From Candidatus Woesearchaeota archaeon (lineage in GTDB: Archaea; Nanobdellota; Nanobdellia; Pacearchaeales; GW2011-AR1): a DNA stretch of 64,000 bases. The notes below the pieces were generated by a model. That model had not been told where the DNA came from. It did no database searches and worked only from the letters and a program-made list of their open reading frames with translations. Below are positions 1 through 8,454 of the stretch, piece after piece. A program made the position numbers and the translations under genes. Position 1 is the stretch's first letter. Each line of letters begins with the position of its first letter. The stretch is taken from the NCBI GenBank assembly GCA_964366325.1, contig CAYITD010000001.1, positions 41,922-105,921 on the forward strand, in the 5' to 3' direction.

Positions 1-265
1 CGCAGGGCTACGCGATTTAGTTTCTACAGGGTACGTTTACGCCAAAGATAATAAGTTTTATTCAAAAATAGATATAGAAAAAGAATTGTCTAAGGTAGAA
101 AAGTTCATTGTACACCATTCTAGGTTGTTGGGGAGCACCCGTTTATGTGATGTTTTAAGACAGACTGCAAGCGATGAAAATAAATTGAAAAGACTTGATG
201 ATTTATTTGAGCCAGAAACAGTTAGAAATGTTGCAAGGCTTGTTCTTGAAGGACTTTCTAGTTAG
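1..265 (+). CDS. 3' end of an unidentified CDS entering from the left edge (about 87 codons)
   Basis: Frame 2 is open from the window edge to TAG at 263-265 (...ETVRNVARLVLEGLSS*). No family was recognised. Confidence 0.35.
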   Translation, partial: AGLRDLVSTGYVYAKDNKFYSKIDIEKELSKVEKFIVHHSRLLGSTRLCDVLRQTASDENKLKRLDDLFEPETVRNVARLVLEGLSS

Positions 266-421
266 AGGTGTATTTTTTGAATTAAATGCATACTTGAGGT
301 ATAGAAACCTTTATTAAAATTAAAATTAGGATCAAACCAATGGATGCGGCGAAAGGGTATATTACTGGAAATTCATGTGGAAATGGGAAATTGGAGATTC
401 CTGTTTAATAAATAGAATCAG

Positions 422-1039
422 ATGGAGGAAGAAAGAAAATACATGGACAAAAACAATATACTTGCTGATATGGGCAATTTTTCAATATTAAAGGAAGAGA
501 TAGAAAGAATGGCAAAAAAAGCAGACTACGAAATAGAGCATAGTCACATGCTTTCTGTTTTCGAGTGGGTGTTAAGACTGAAACCCGATGCGGATCTAGC
601 TCTAAAAATAGCTGCGTTGGGACACGATATAGAAAGATATGATGAAAACAAAGTAAAAAGAGAAAATTTTGATAGTTATGAGAAATTTAAAAGAGCACAT
701 GCACAAAGATCTGCAACTATAACCAGCAACCTAATGAATCAATATGGTTTTAATGAGCAAATTATTCAAAAGACTGCTTTTTTAATAGCCAATCATGAAG
801 TAGGGGGAGAGGGCGACGTAGAAATAATTAAAGATGCAGACAGCTTATCATTCTTTGACAATAACGTTTATAGTTATTGGAAAACACACAGCTCTTTTTT
901 TAAAGATAAGATCATGTTTATGTACAGTAGGTTATCGACAAGAGGAAAGACTCTCTTTAAAGAAATATTTTTCAAAGATAAAATAATAGAGGAAGAAATA
1001 AATAAAATAGTCCAAGAGTACGAAAAGACAACCTCTTAA
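422..1039 (+). CDS. HD-domain metal-dependent phosphohydrolase
   Basis: The H..HD..H..D pattern is present: EHSHM, LGHDIERYD, IANHEVGG, IKDADSLSFFD. Confidence 0.6.
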   Translation: MEEERKYMDKNNILADMGNFSILKEEIERMAKKADYEIEHSHMLSVFEWVLRLKPDADLALKIAALGHDIERYDENKVKRENFDSYEKFKRAHAQRSATITSNLMNQYGFNEQIIQKTAFLIANHEVGGEGDVEIIKDADSLSFFDNNVYSYWKTHSSFFKDKIMFMYSRLSTRGKTLFKEIFFKDKIIEEEINKIVQEYEKTTS

Positions 1040-1048
1040 AAATTACTA

Positions 1049-1984
1049 TTAAGAACTTCTATTTTTTTCATAATATTCAACAGTGCGCGATATTCCCTCA
1101 TCCAAACTCACCTTGGGTTCCCATCCAAGATCTCTCGTGCTTCCCGAGTCAGCATAAAAGTTTACAGTGCCCACATTCTTATGGTGTTGTGGAGGGCTCA
1201 TTGCTTCTGTTTCCATTCCAGGCACCTTTTCTCTAAGTATTTCAATCAGATCTGCGAATTTTACAGGGCCTCTTCCAACATTATACACTCCACCTTTTTC
1301 ACCATAGGAGATTAAAGTCTTGCAAGCTTCTACAGCATCTTCTACATAAATAAAGTCTCTTATAAAATCTCCATTATTATATACTTTAATTTTTTCACCT
1401 TTTACTGCACAGCCAATCATCCAATCAAAAGCTCCCTTTTGCTTACTAGCATTAATGTCACCAGGTCCAAAAACATTTGTAAACCTAGCTATTACGGTAT
1501 CTAGACCATAAGTTCTACCATAAATTTGACACATATTCTCAGCACACAATCTAGTAGCCGCATATAAACTCAAAGGGTTAGTCGGGGAGTCTACCGTAGC
1601 AGGAAGGGTGTCCAAATTACCATAAACAAAAAAAGTGCTCCCAAAAAGAATCCTCGGTTTTGTCGCTGATAATCTGCATGCCTCTAGGAGGGCTTGAGTT
1701 CCAAGACAATTGATTTCAGCATCTCTGAAAGGCTCGCGGTTTTCAACAGCATAATTATCGACCGTTCCTGCAAGGTGATATACATGATGAGATCCTTCCA
1801 CATCCTCAGGAGAGATATCTCTAACATCTTTCAAGACAACTTTCACAGATCCAACAATATCGCTTATATTCTCTTTCTTGTCAGATCGCGAGAGAAGGGT
1901 TACATCATGTCCAGCCCGTACTAGGTTTCTAGCAAGATGGCTTCCTATAAACCCCATTCCTCCAGTTATAAGTGCTTTTTCCAT
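1049..1984 (-). CDS. NAD-dependent sugar epimerase/dehydratase (extended SDR)
   Basis: It has an N-terminal Rossmann motif TGGMGFIGSHL and GSTFFVYG. The catalytic Tyr motif reads YAATR, with Arg where the YxxxK Lys is expected. The gene is visibly more GC-rich than its neighbours. Confidence 0.8.
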   Translation of the reverse strand: MEKALITGGMGFIGSHLARNLVRAGHDVTLLSRSDKKENISDIVGSVKVVLKDVRDISPEDVEGSHHVYHLAGTVDNYAVENREPFRDAEINCLGTQALLEACRLSATKPRILFGSTFFVYGNLDTLPATVDSPTNPLSLYAATRLCAENMCQIYGRTYGLDTVIARFTNVFGPGDINASKQKGAFDWMIGCAVKGEKIKVYNNGDFIRDFIYVEDAVEACKTLISYGEKGGVYNVGRGPVKFADLIEILREKVPGMETEAMSPPQHHKNVGTVNFYADSGSTRDLGWEPKVSLDEGISRTVEYYEKNRSS

Positions 1985-2127
1985 TTATTCGTGTAAAGGG
2001 TTCGTTTTATATACTTTTGTATAAGTCTCTACACAATCCATAAAGTAGAAAACTAACTTTAACTATTGATATAACTTTAAGAAATAATATTTAGCAAGTT
2101 TAATTTTTTAATCCTTATAATTGTACT

Positions 2128-2403
2128 TTAACTATTATTAGACATCAGGCTAAATCTTTTAACTCTTTGTCCAGCTTTGTAAACTTTTCCATTAATTTCA
2201 ATATCTTTATCAAATTCTTTTTCTCCAAGAAAATCTTCCAGGCTCCTTACCCAGATAGTTCCTTTTGGAGTTTCTGATCTGTAAAGCTGTTTGTAAACCA
2301 CTGCTCTTTCAACACCATTATCACAATCTCTGCCAACAGCAATTATCTCGTATTCTCCACCTTTAAAATGTAAATATTTTTCCCCAGTTTTTGGTTCTTC
2401 CAT
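2128..2403 (-). CDS. DUF1653-like small protein
   Basis: The pattern YLHFKGGEYEIIAVG...VVYKQLY...IWVRSLEDF is typical of DUF1653. The gene lies 11 nt downstream of the TPM gene on the same strand. Confidence 0.55.
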   Translation of the reverse strand: MEEPKTGEKYLHFKGGEYEIIAVGRDCDNGVERAVVYKQLYRSETPKGTIWVRSLEDFLGEKEFDKDIEINGKVYKAGQRVKRFSLMSNNS

Positions 2404-2414
2404 TCTTCAAAAGC

Positions 2415-3152
2415 CTACCTTCCAGCGCCCCCACCACCAAAACCGCCTCCTCCGAATCCTCCCCCTCCAAAACTACTTCCGCCACCAAAACCTCCAGAGC
2501 TTCTTCCAGAAGGCAAGAACAAGGGAAGAAGCCAGAATCTACTTCCTCTTCTAGTAATAAAACGAATTATCATCCAGAGAATAATAAATAATATGATATA
2601 GCTAATAAAACCAAGCTTGTCTTGTGTTCTTCCAGCCTGTCCAGATAAAACTTCTTCTTTGTTATCATAAATAACTTGAGCAACAGATTCACTAAAAGAG
2701 ATAATTCCCTGAGATAAATTTCCAGAGTCTCTTAATGGAACATAATTCTCATCAAGCAATCTTCCAACTTTTGAATCTGGCAGTATTCCTTCAAGTCCAT
2801 ATCCAGTTGACACCCATATTCTATTTATGTCCTTAACGTACAAAATAACGAGTCCATTATCTTTATCAGCTTTTCCGACTTTCCAACTGCTTCCTAGTTC
2901 AATAACGTATTGACTTATATCTTCTCCATTTATAGTATCCAAACTAACAAATACAACTTCCGCAGTAGTTTCTTGATCAACATTATAAAACAGAGTTCTC
3001 AATCCTTCGACTTGTAAAGAATCTAAAACTCCAGCAAAATCATTAACATATTTATCCTGATAGCTAGGAATTTCTTGTCCACTCGCGTTTCCAGAAACTA
3101 AAATAAAAATTAAAAATAAACTTAAAATTCCGATAAGAAAGACCTTTTTCAT
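2415..3152 (-). CDS. TPM-domain (YgcG-like) membrane protein with a Gly-rich C-terminal tail
   Basis: It has a signal/TM N-terminus. TPM motifs are YVNDFAGVLD, AEVVFVSLDT and DNGLVILYV..RIWVSTGYGLEGILPD. A TM segment follows, then a GGFGGGSSFGGGGFGGGGFGGGG tail. Confidence 0.75.
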   Translation of the reverse strand: MKKVFLIGILSLFLIFILVSGNASGQEIPSYQDKYVNDFAGVLDSLQVEGLRTLFYNVDQETTAEVVFVSLDTINGEDISQYVIELGSSWKVGKADKDNGLVILYVKDINRIWVSTGYGLEGILPDSKVGRLLDENYVPLRDSGNLSQGIISFSESVAQVIYDNKEEVLSGQAGRTQDKLGFISYIILFIILWMIIRFITRRGSRFWLLPLFLPSGRSSGGFGGGSSFGGGGFGGGGFGGGGAGR

Positions 3153-3182
3153 ACAAATAACTGGAAACAGGCATTAATAATT

Positions 3183-3254
3183 TTTGCTAAATTTGCTAAG
3201 TTGTGTAAGACTAGGACATATGTCCTGAACCCATACACACTAAATTTGCTAAGT
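3183..3254. promoter_or_regulatory. direct repeats flanking a perfect palindrome in a divergent promoter region
   Basis: CTAAATTTGCTAAGT occurs at 3187-3201 and again at 3240-3254. A third TTTGCTAA half-site lies at 3183-3190. The perfect 14-bp palindrome AGGACATATGTCCT at 3213-3226 lies between them. Confidence 0.45.
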
Positions 3255-3322
3255 CGTATATTATGATTTTATCTGCAGTTATATTTGCAAAGGCTTAAAT
3301 AGAGAGAATTTTCGAGTCCTTT

Positions 3323-3874
3323 ATGAAAAACCTTTTGACAAAAGGATATTTAGCCATAGACGAAACTATCATGAAGGGAGTTAACTTAGCTGTGCGTGCT
3401 TACAACTGGACAACTGGAGACACTAAAGCAGGGTTGGCTAATACTTGTTTAGCGCTGAGCGTAGTTTCAGCCTCTATGTATCCTTTAGTTCAAGAAAAGA
3501 ATAATTATTTTGCAGCATCTATAGTTGGTGCTTTTCTTGGTTCAGTGTTTTATTTACAAGCTAGAGGAAATAGGGAAATGGAGAACCTAGAAATCAAAGC
3601 TAGAAATGATGATCTGTTAAATTCTGTAGTAGAGGAAGATAGAGTAAGGAATATGGTTCATGGGCCAATTATTTCTGCAATACCTTTTGCATCTGAGATA
3701 GCAAATCCAGATCTTGGATTTTTACCTATTCGAGTAGGAGCTTTACTATATGGTTCATCCTTATATGTAATGCGAGCCGATTCTCCTGCCACTAGAAAAG
3801 ACTTCGTTTCAAGAGGAGTAGAGAATATACTATTAGCTTACGAAGAAAATAAAAGATCGAAACAATTAGGCTAA
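3323..3874 (+). CDS. hypothetical membrane protein
   Basis: This is a 183-aa ORF with hydrophobic segments. A TATA-like box at 3293-3302 lies about 25 nt upstream of the ATG. No family was recognised. Confidence 0.5.
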   Translation: MKNLLTKGYLAIDETIMKGVNLAVRAYNWTTGDTKAGLANTCLALSVVSASMYPLVQEKNNYFAASIVGAFLGSVFYLQARGNREMENLEIKARNDDLLNSVVEEDRVRNMVHGPIISAIPFASEIANPDLGFLPIRVGALLYGSSLYVMRADSPATRKDFVSRGVENILLAYEENKRSKQLG

Positions 3875-3912
3875 ACTAAAAAAATAATTCTCAATGCTTA
3901 TAAAACAGCCAA

Positions 3913-4767
3913 TTATAATATCTCAATACTCAAAACATTATTATTCACCTGTCCCTGTTTGTTTTTAATTTCAAACAAAATTGTGTGTTTTCCAGGAGTG
4001 TAGTAAGATCTAAGGAAACAGCTATTCTTGTTTTTCAACCAAGAGCAGATAACCTTGCTTTTCTGGTTATCTTTAGAATAACTTATAGTGTAAAAATTCG
4101 GATCTTTAATTATGAAAAAATAATCTACATATCTTCCAGAAATTTTGTACGAAAAGTTATAATTCGAGTCTGTAACGGAGTTATTAGTTCCTGTAACATT
4201 AGTTTGATTCGCAACATTACTAGAATTGTTACTTGCAGGACTTGTGCTGTTAGTTTGATTTATTTGATTTGGCAGAGTAGTGTTAATGATTACAGAATTT
4301 CTATTTTTACCAAGATCTAAAGTATAATACATAGAGTTTCCAGCATAGTAAACTCCTAAGCCTGCATCTGCAAAATTGGGAGAAATCATATTCTTATAAT
4401 GGCCTGGGCTGCTTTTCCACATACTAAAAATTTTGTTTGCTTCTGCAAATCCAGTATGGTATCCTATGTTTTCTCCCAGAGCGCGATAATCTGTATAATT
4501 TGCTGCAACTATCCTATTTACGAAAGTACGACCATCTAAGGATGTATGGCTGAAATAATGGTTTTCACCCATATCTTTAGAATGAAGATAAGCCGCATTT
4601 TTTAATTGAGGATTATTTGACAGAGCAGAAACATTCAAAGACTGTCTTTCTTGGTTTAATAAGTTGAAGAAATCAGATTCAACAGACGCAGAAACAATTG
4701 TTAAAATATTTAAAATAATCATTGTTCCTACAATAAATGAATAAACCTTTTTCCTTTCTTTTTCCAT
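3913..4767 (-). CDS. CAP/SCP (PR-1-like) domain extracellular protein with an Asn-rich stalk and a C-terminal domain
   Basis: It has an N-terminal TM segment. CAP motifs are HSKDMGENHYFSHTS.DG, LGENIGY and MWKSSPGHYKNM. A sequon-dense linker and an unknown C-terminal domain follow. Confidence 0.8.
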   Translation of the reverse strand: MEKERKKVYSFIVGTMIILNILTIVSASVESDFFNLLNQERQSLNVSALSNNPQLKNAAYLHSKDMGENHYFSHTSLDGRTFVNRIVAANYTDYRALGENIGYHTGFAEANKIFSMWKSSPGHYKNMISPNFADAGLGVYYAGNSMYYTLDLGKNRNSVIINTTLPNQINQTNSTSPASNNSSNVANQTNVTGTNNSVTDSNYNFSYKISGRYVDYFFIIKDPNFYTISYSKDNQKSKVICSWLKNKNSCFLRSYYTPGKHTILFEIKNKQGQVNNNVLSIEIL

Positions 4768-4864
4768 AAGAAGTTTTCAGATTTAACCTATTTAAACACG
4801 CGTTATAACTTTGTTCCAGTTCCAACTTTGTGGATATTTTTCCATTATTACATAATATAGATAC

Positions 4865-4872
4865 TTTTATAA
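4865..4872 (+). promoter_or_regulatory. TATA-like box upstream of tRNA-Arg
   Basis: TTTTATAA is centred about 28 nt upstream of the tRNA 5' end at 4897. Confidence 0.5.
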
Positions 4873-4896
4873 GAAAATCTTTTTTAAGTTTAAAAT

Positions 4897-4971
4897 GCAT
4901 CCGTAGCTCAGCCCGGATAGAGCATTGGGGTCCTAACCCAAGGGTCGAGGGTTCAAATCCTTCCGGATGCG
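4897..4971 (+). tRNA. tRNA-Arg (anticodon CCU)
   Basis: Hand-folded cloverleaf: acceptor GCATCCG/CGGATGC, D stem GCTC/GAGC, anticodon stem TTGGG/CCCAA with loop GTCCTAA, T arm GAGGG-TTCAAAT-CCTTC, discriminator G. No CCA is encoded. Confidence 0.85.
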
Positions 4972-4992
4972 TTAAAGCAAAGAGTAAAAACC

Positions 4993-5000
4993 TTTTTAAG
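4993..5000 (+). promoter_or_regulatory. TATA-like box upstream of tRNA-Gly
   Basis: TTTTTAAG is centred about 27 nt upstream of the tRNA 5' end at 5024. Confidence 0.45.
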
Positions 5001-5023
5001 CCCTTAAGTAGCTAATTTATCAA

Positions 5024-5095
5024 GCGCTGTTAGTTTAGTGGTTAGAATGGCCGGTTTCCACCCAGTCGACGGGGGTTCGATTCCCCCACAGCGCA
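5024..5095 (+). tRNA. tRNA-Gly (anticodon UCC)
   Basis: Hand-folded cloverleaf: acceptor GCGCTGT/ACAGCGC, T arm GGGGG-TTCGATT-CCCCC, anticodon loop TTTCCAC, discriminator A. The anticodon stem GCCGG/CCAGT has one C-A mismatch. No CCA is encoded. Confidence 0.85.
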
Positions 5096-5260
5096 TAGTA
5101 CAGTTTGGAGACATTAGGCTGAGAAAAGATGTAGAAGCAACGGATATAGCAGCCTATGTGTACATTTCTATTTGCATTGTTAGTTTCTTCTAAGGAGGAA
5201 TTATTTAAGTTTCAAAAAGAAATCAACAAATTTTAAATAGTTCTAAATTCTTGTAAAATT

Positions 5261-5641
5261 ATGAAAGAACATCAAACACACGAAGAATTAATTAAAGAGT
5301 TAGCCGAGCACCTTAAAGATATTTTTGAAGGCTCTGCGCAATCAGTTTATCTTTTTTTAGATGACTCGAATAAAGTTTGCAATAAGAAATTCTCTTCTCT
5401 TCTCGGCTATAGTTCTCCAGAGGAATGGTCAAAAATAAAAGAGCCATTTACAAAGGCCTTTGTTGATGAAAATAGCCAGGAGACTTTAGTATCTGCTTAT
5501 CAAGACGCGATGGAAAATCTTGCAGGAAGTAGCATAAATATAGAATGGAAGAAAAAATCGGGTGGAAAGGTAAAATCTAAAGTGATTCTAGTTCCATTTC
5601 CATTTAATAACCATTTATTTGCGCTCCACTTTATTTCTTGA
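5261..5641 (+). CDS. hypothetical protein (possibly a PAS-like fold)
   Basis: This is a 126-aa ORF with the TATA-like box TTTTAAATA at 5231-5239, 26 nt upstream. The family assignment is only a weak impression. Confidence 0.45.
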   Translation: MKEHQTHEELIKELAEHLKDIFEGSAQSVYLFLDDSNKVCNKKFSSLLGYSSPEEWSKIKEPFTKAFVDENSQETLVSAYQDAMENLAGSSINIEWKKKSGGKVKSKVILVPFPFNNHLFALHFIS

Positions 5642-5714
5642 AGATCCATATTCTATTCCAAATAGATGTTCTCAACAATCAAAATAATTATAAGATTGAA
5701 TTCTGAAGAATAGT

Positions 5715-5987
5715 ATGGTTTCAGAAGAGGAAAAAAGAGGTCATATTCGAGGAAAGGTTTTAGAAATAATAGTTGCCGTCGCTCCAGATGCAGATTTAAC
5801 AAACTTAAAAGACGGTGAAAGGCTAAGGGATCAATTAGATTTAGATTCGATGGATTTTCTAGATATTGTTATGGAATTAAGAAAAAGATATCAGATCGAA
5901 GTTCCTAAAGAAAAATACACCGAGCTAGCTACACTAAATAGCACAGTAGATTATTTGTTACAGCAATACGAAAAATTCGGCCAATAA
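5715..5987 (+). CDS. acyl/peptidyl carrier protein (phosphopantetheine-binding)
   Basis: LDLDSMDFLDIVMELRKRYQIEVPKEKY matches the carrier-protein helix II motif (D-S-hydrophobic with the attachment Ser). At 90 aa the size is typical. Confidence 0.7.
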   Translation: MVSEEEKRGHIRGKVLEIIVAVAPDADLTNLKDGERLRDQLDLDSMDFLDIVMELRKRYQIEVPKEKYTELATLNSTVDYLLQQYEKFGQ

Positions 5988-6021
5988 CAAACTTTAAAAC
6001 CCTTTATTTTAGTATATTTGA

Positions 6022-6918
6022 ATGAGTTTAGAGCAACAGAACACACATCATAAAAACTGGTATGACAAATATTACAAGGCTCTGCTTTTAATTCCAATAG
6101 CTATACTATTAATCAGCCTAATTTATTTAATCGGTTTCTATAAATCAACAGGCAACTTGTTCTTAAGAGATTCCAGTTTATCTGGCGGAACAACTATAAC
6201 TTTACAAGGAGATTATGATCATCTCGAGTTAGAATCAAGACTAAAAGAAACTTTCAAAGATGTTAGAGTCAGGACAATCAGCGATAGATCAACTTCAAAA
6301 AATTTAGCGCTAATAATAGACTCTTCAGCCAATTCAGAAGAACTAAAAAGCAGTGTTGAAAATATTTTAGGTATAAAAATAGATGAAAAAAACGCAAACA
6401 TAGAATTCAGCGGAGCATCATTAAGCAACAGTTTTTACAAACAATTAATAATTGCCCTTATAATTTCTTTCATCCTAATGTCTTGCGTTATATTTTTTCT
6501 ATTCAGGACGTTTATTCCTAGTTTAGCAGTAATCTTTGCAGCCTTTGCGGATATAATTATGCCTCTAGCAGTGATAAATTACTTTGGAATCGCAGTCTCA
6601 GCAGCTGGAATTGCAGCATTTTTAATGCTCATAGGTTATTCAGTTGACACAGATATCTTATTGACAACTCGTGTTTTGAAAAAGAAAGAAGGAACAGTAA
6701 ACGACAGAATATATAGTTCTTTCAAAACTGGAATGTTTATGACTATAACAGCCTTGCTCGCAGTTATTCCAGCTTTCGTTTTGGTAACTACACTTCCAGA
6801 TTCTTTCAGGCAGATATTTCTCATACTCTCCTTAGGTTTATTTGCAGATATAGTTAATACTTGGTTGACAAATGCAAGCATAATTAAATGGTATGCTGTA
6901 AAAAAGAGGTTGAGTTAA
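6022..6918 (+). CDS. secF: protein-export membrane protein SecF
   Basis: It has an N-terminal TM segment, an extracytoplasmic loop and a C-terminal TM bundle with the motif LIGYSVDTDILLTTRVLKKKEG. It is adjacent to secD with a 1-nt spacer. Confidence 0.85.
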   Translation: MSLEQQNTHHKNWYDKYYKALLLIPIAILLISLIYLIGFYKSTGNLFLRDSSLSGGTTITLQGDYDHLELESRLKETFKDVRVRTISDRSTSKNLALIIDSSANSEELKSSVENILGIKIDEKNANIEFSGASLSNSFYKQLIIALIISFILMSCVIFFLFRTFIPSLAVIFAAFADIIMPLAVINYFGIAVSAAGIAAFLMLIGYSVDTDILLTTRVLKKKEGTVNDRIYSSFKTGMFMTITALLAVIPAFVLVTTLPDSFRQIFLILSLGLFADIVNTWLTNASIIKWYAVKKRLS

Positions 6919-6919
6919 A

Positions 6920-8437
6920 ATGGTCAAATTAACTTTAAGAATCTACATATTAATTATTGTTCTTATTTTAGCTCTGCTTATGATCTCTCCTAAGTTTACT
7001 ACAAGTATAATAGTAAAAGAAGTAAAGACAAATTCAACATCCTACAATCAAGGAATTAGAGCAGGCATGGTTATTCAAGAGTTTAATTCAAAGCCGATCA
7101 AAAGTATAGAAGATTACACCAGTGCAGTCACAGAAACGTTTTCATCAGGCTCAGAATCAAGAGTAGAAATAAAAGCAGATAATCAAGATTTTGTATTTTT
7201 TGCAACAAACATTTCAGAGATAAATGTAGAAAGTGAACCCTCTACAAAGATAAAAACAGGTCTAGATTTAAGTGGAGGGATTCGTGCGGTATTAAAACCT
7301 GCAAATGTTTCTTTATCTGATTCAGATATACAAGATCTAGTAGACATAACTTCTCAAAGGCTAAATGCTTTCGGAGTCAAAGATATTTCTGTAAGATCGA
7401 CAAAGGATCTTCAGGGAAACAACTTTATGGTTGTTGAGGTTGCAGGAGCTTCTTCAAAGGACATAATTGATCTCTTAGGCAGTCAAGGAAAATTTGAAGC
7501 GAAAATAGGAAATCAAACAGTCTTTGAAGGTGGAAACAAAGACATAAGCGATGTTTGTAGATCAGATGCCTCTTGCTCCGCAGTTACGGGGTGTTTTCCT
7601 GCAGAAGGTGGATATGCTTGTAACTTTCAGTTTGCAGTTTATCTTAGGGAAGAAGCAGCAAAGAAACATGCAGACATTACAAGAAACCTTTCCTTAGATC
7701 AAACTGGTAAATATCTTTCAGAGAAATTATATCTTTATGTAGATAATAATGAAGTCGACTCTCTTTTAATCAGTAGCGGTTTAAGAGGACAGACTACTAC
7801 GCAAATATCTATTCAAGGATCTGGTTCTGGAGTGACTCAAGATGAGGCGGTAAAACAAGCCAGAATCCAAATGAACAAGTTACAGACAATTTTATTGACA
7901 GGTAGTTTGCCCTACAAACTAGAGATAGTTAAGTTAGATACTATCTCTCCGACATTGGGAAAAGAATTTAGCAGAAGTATATTTCTTTTAGGGATATTGG
8001 TATTCATAATAGTCTCTTTGGCTATTTTCGTAAAATACAGAAAAATAAAGATTACCTTAGCAGTCATTTTAACTATGTTTTCTGAAGTGTTTATTACTCT
8101 AGGTATAGCTGCATTGATTAAGTGGAATCTTGATGCTCCAAGTATAGCAGGGATAATTGCAGGTATTGGAACTGGAGTAAACGATCAGATAGTTATAATT
8201 GATGAATCTGTTTCTGATAAAGCTAACAACTCCAGTAGTATAAAAGAAAGGATCAAGAGAGCTTTATTCATAATAGTTGGAGCATTCTTAACAATAGTAG
8301 CTGCCATGATTCCTCTATTTTGGGCTGGAGCTGGTCTTCTTCGTGGTTTCGCCCTTACAACAATAATAGGAGTGAGCGTAGGCATCTTGGTAACAAGACC
8401 TGCTTTCGCAGACATGCTGAAAAAAATAGAAGCTTAA
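6920..8437 (+). CDS. secD: protein-export membrane protein SecD
   Basis: A large extracytoplasmic domain is followed by a TM bundle with the motif GIGTGVNDQIVIIDE. The secF-secD order matches the archaeal arrangement. Confidence 0.85.
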   Translation: MVKLTLRIYILIIVLILALLMISPKFTTSIIVKEVKTNSTSYNQGIRAGMVIQEFNSKPIKSIEDYTSAVTETFSSGSESRVEIKADNQDFVFFATNISEINVESEPSTKIKTGLDLSGGIRAVLKPANVSLSDSDIQDLVDITSQRLNAFGVKDISVRSTKDLQGNNFMVVEVAGASSKDIIDLLGSQGKFEAKIGNQTVFEGGNKDISDVCRSDASCSAVTGCFPAEGGYACNFQFAVYLREEAAKKHADITRNLSLDQTGKYLSEKLYLYVDNNEVDSLLISSGLRGQTTTQISIQGSGSGVTQDEAVKQARIQMNKLQTILLTGSLPYKLEIVKLDTISPTLGKEFSRSIFLLGILVFIIVSLAIFVKYRKIKITLAVILTMFSEVFITLGIAALIKWNLDAPSIAGIIAGIGTGVNDQIVIIDESVSDKANNSSSIKERIKRALFIIVGAFLTIVAAMIPLFWAGAGLLRGFALTTIIGVSVGILVTRPAFADMLKKIEA

Positions 8438-8454
8438 AAAAGTTGAAATTTCTT

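Noticed and set aside
340-408. A 22-codon mini-ORF (MDAAKGYITGNSCGNGKLEIPV*) lies between a TATA-like box at 309-320 and the HD-domain gene.
   Set aside because: It is too short to evaluate. The TATA-like box may simply drive the HD gene with a roughly 100-nt leader. There is no supporting feature beyond the spacing.
4830-5015. A 61-aa plus-strand ORF and the 4679..4900 minus-strand ORF lie around the tRNA locus.
   Set aside because: The plus-strand ORF is simply read through the tRNA-Arg gene, which folds into a complete cloverleaf. The minus-strand ORF overlaps the CAP gene start and the tRNA promoter and has no recognisable features.
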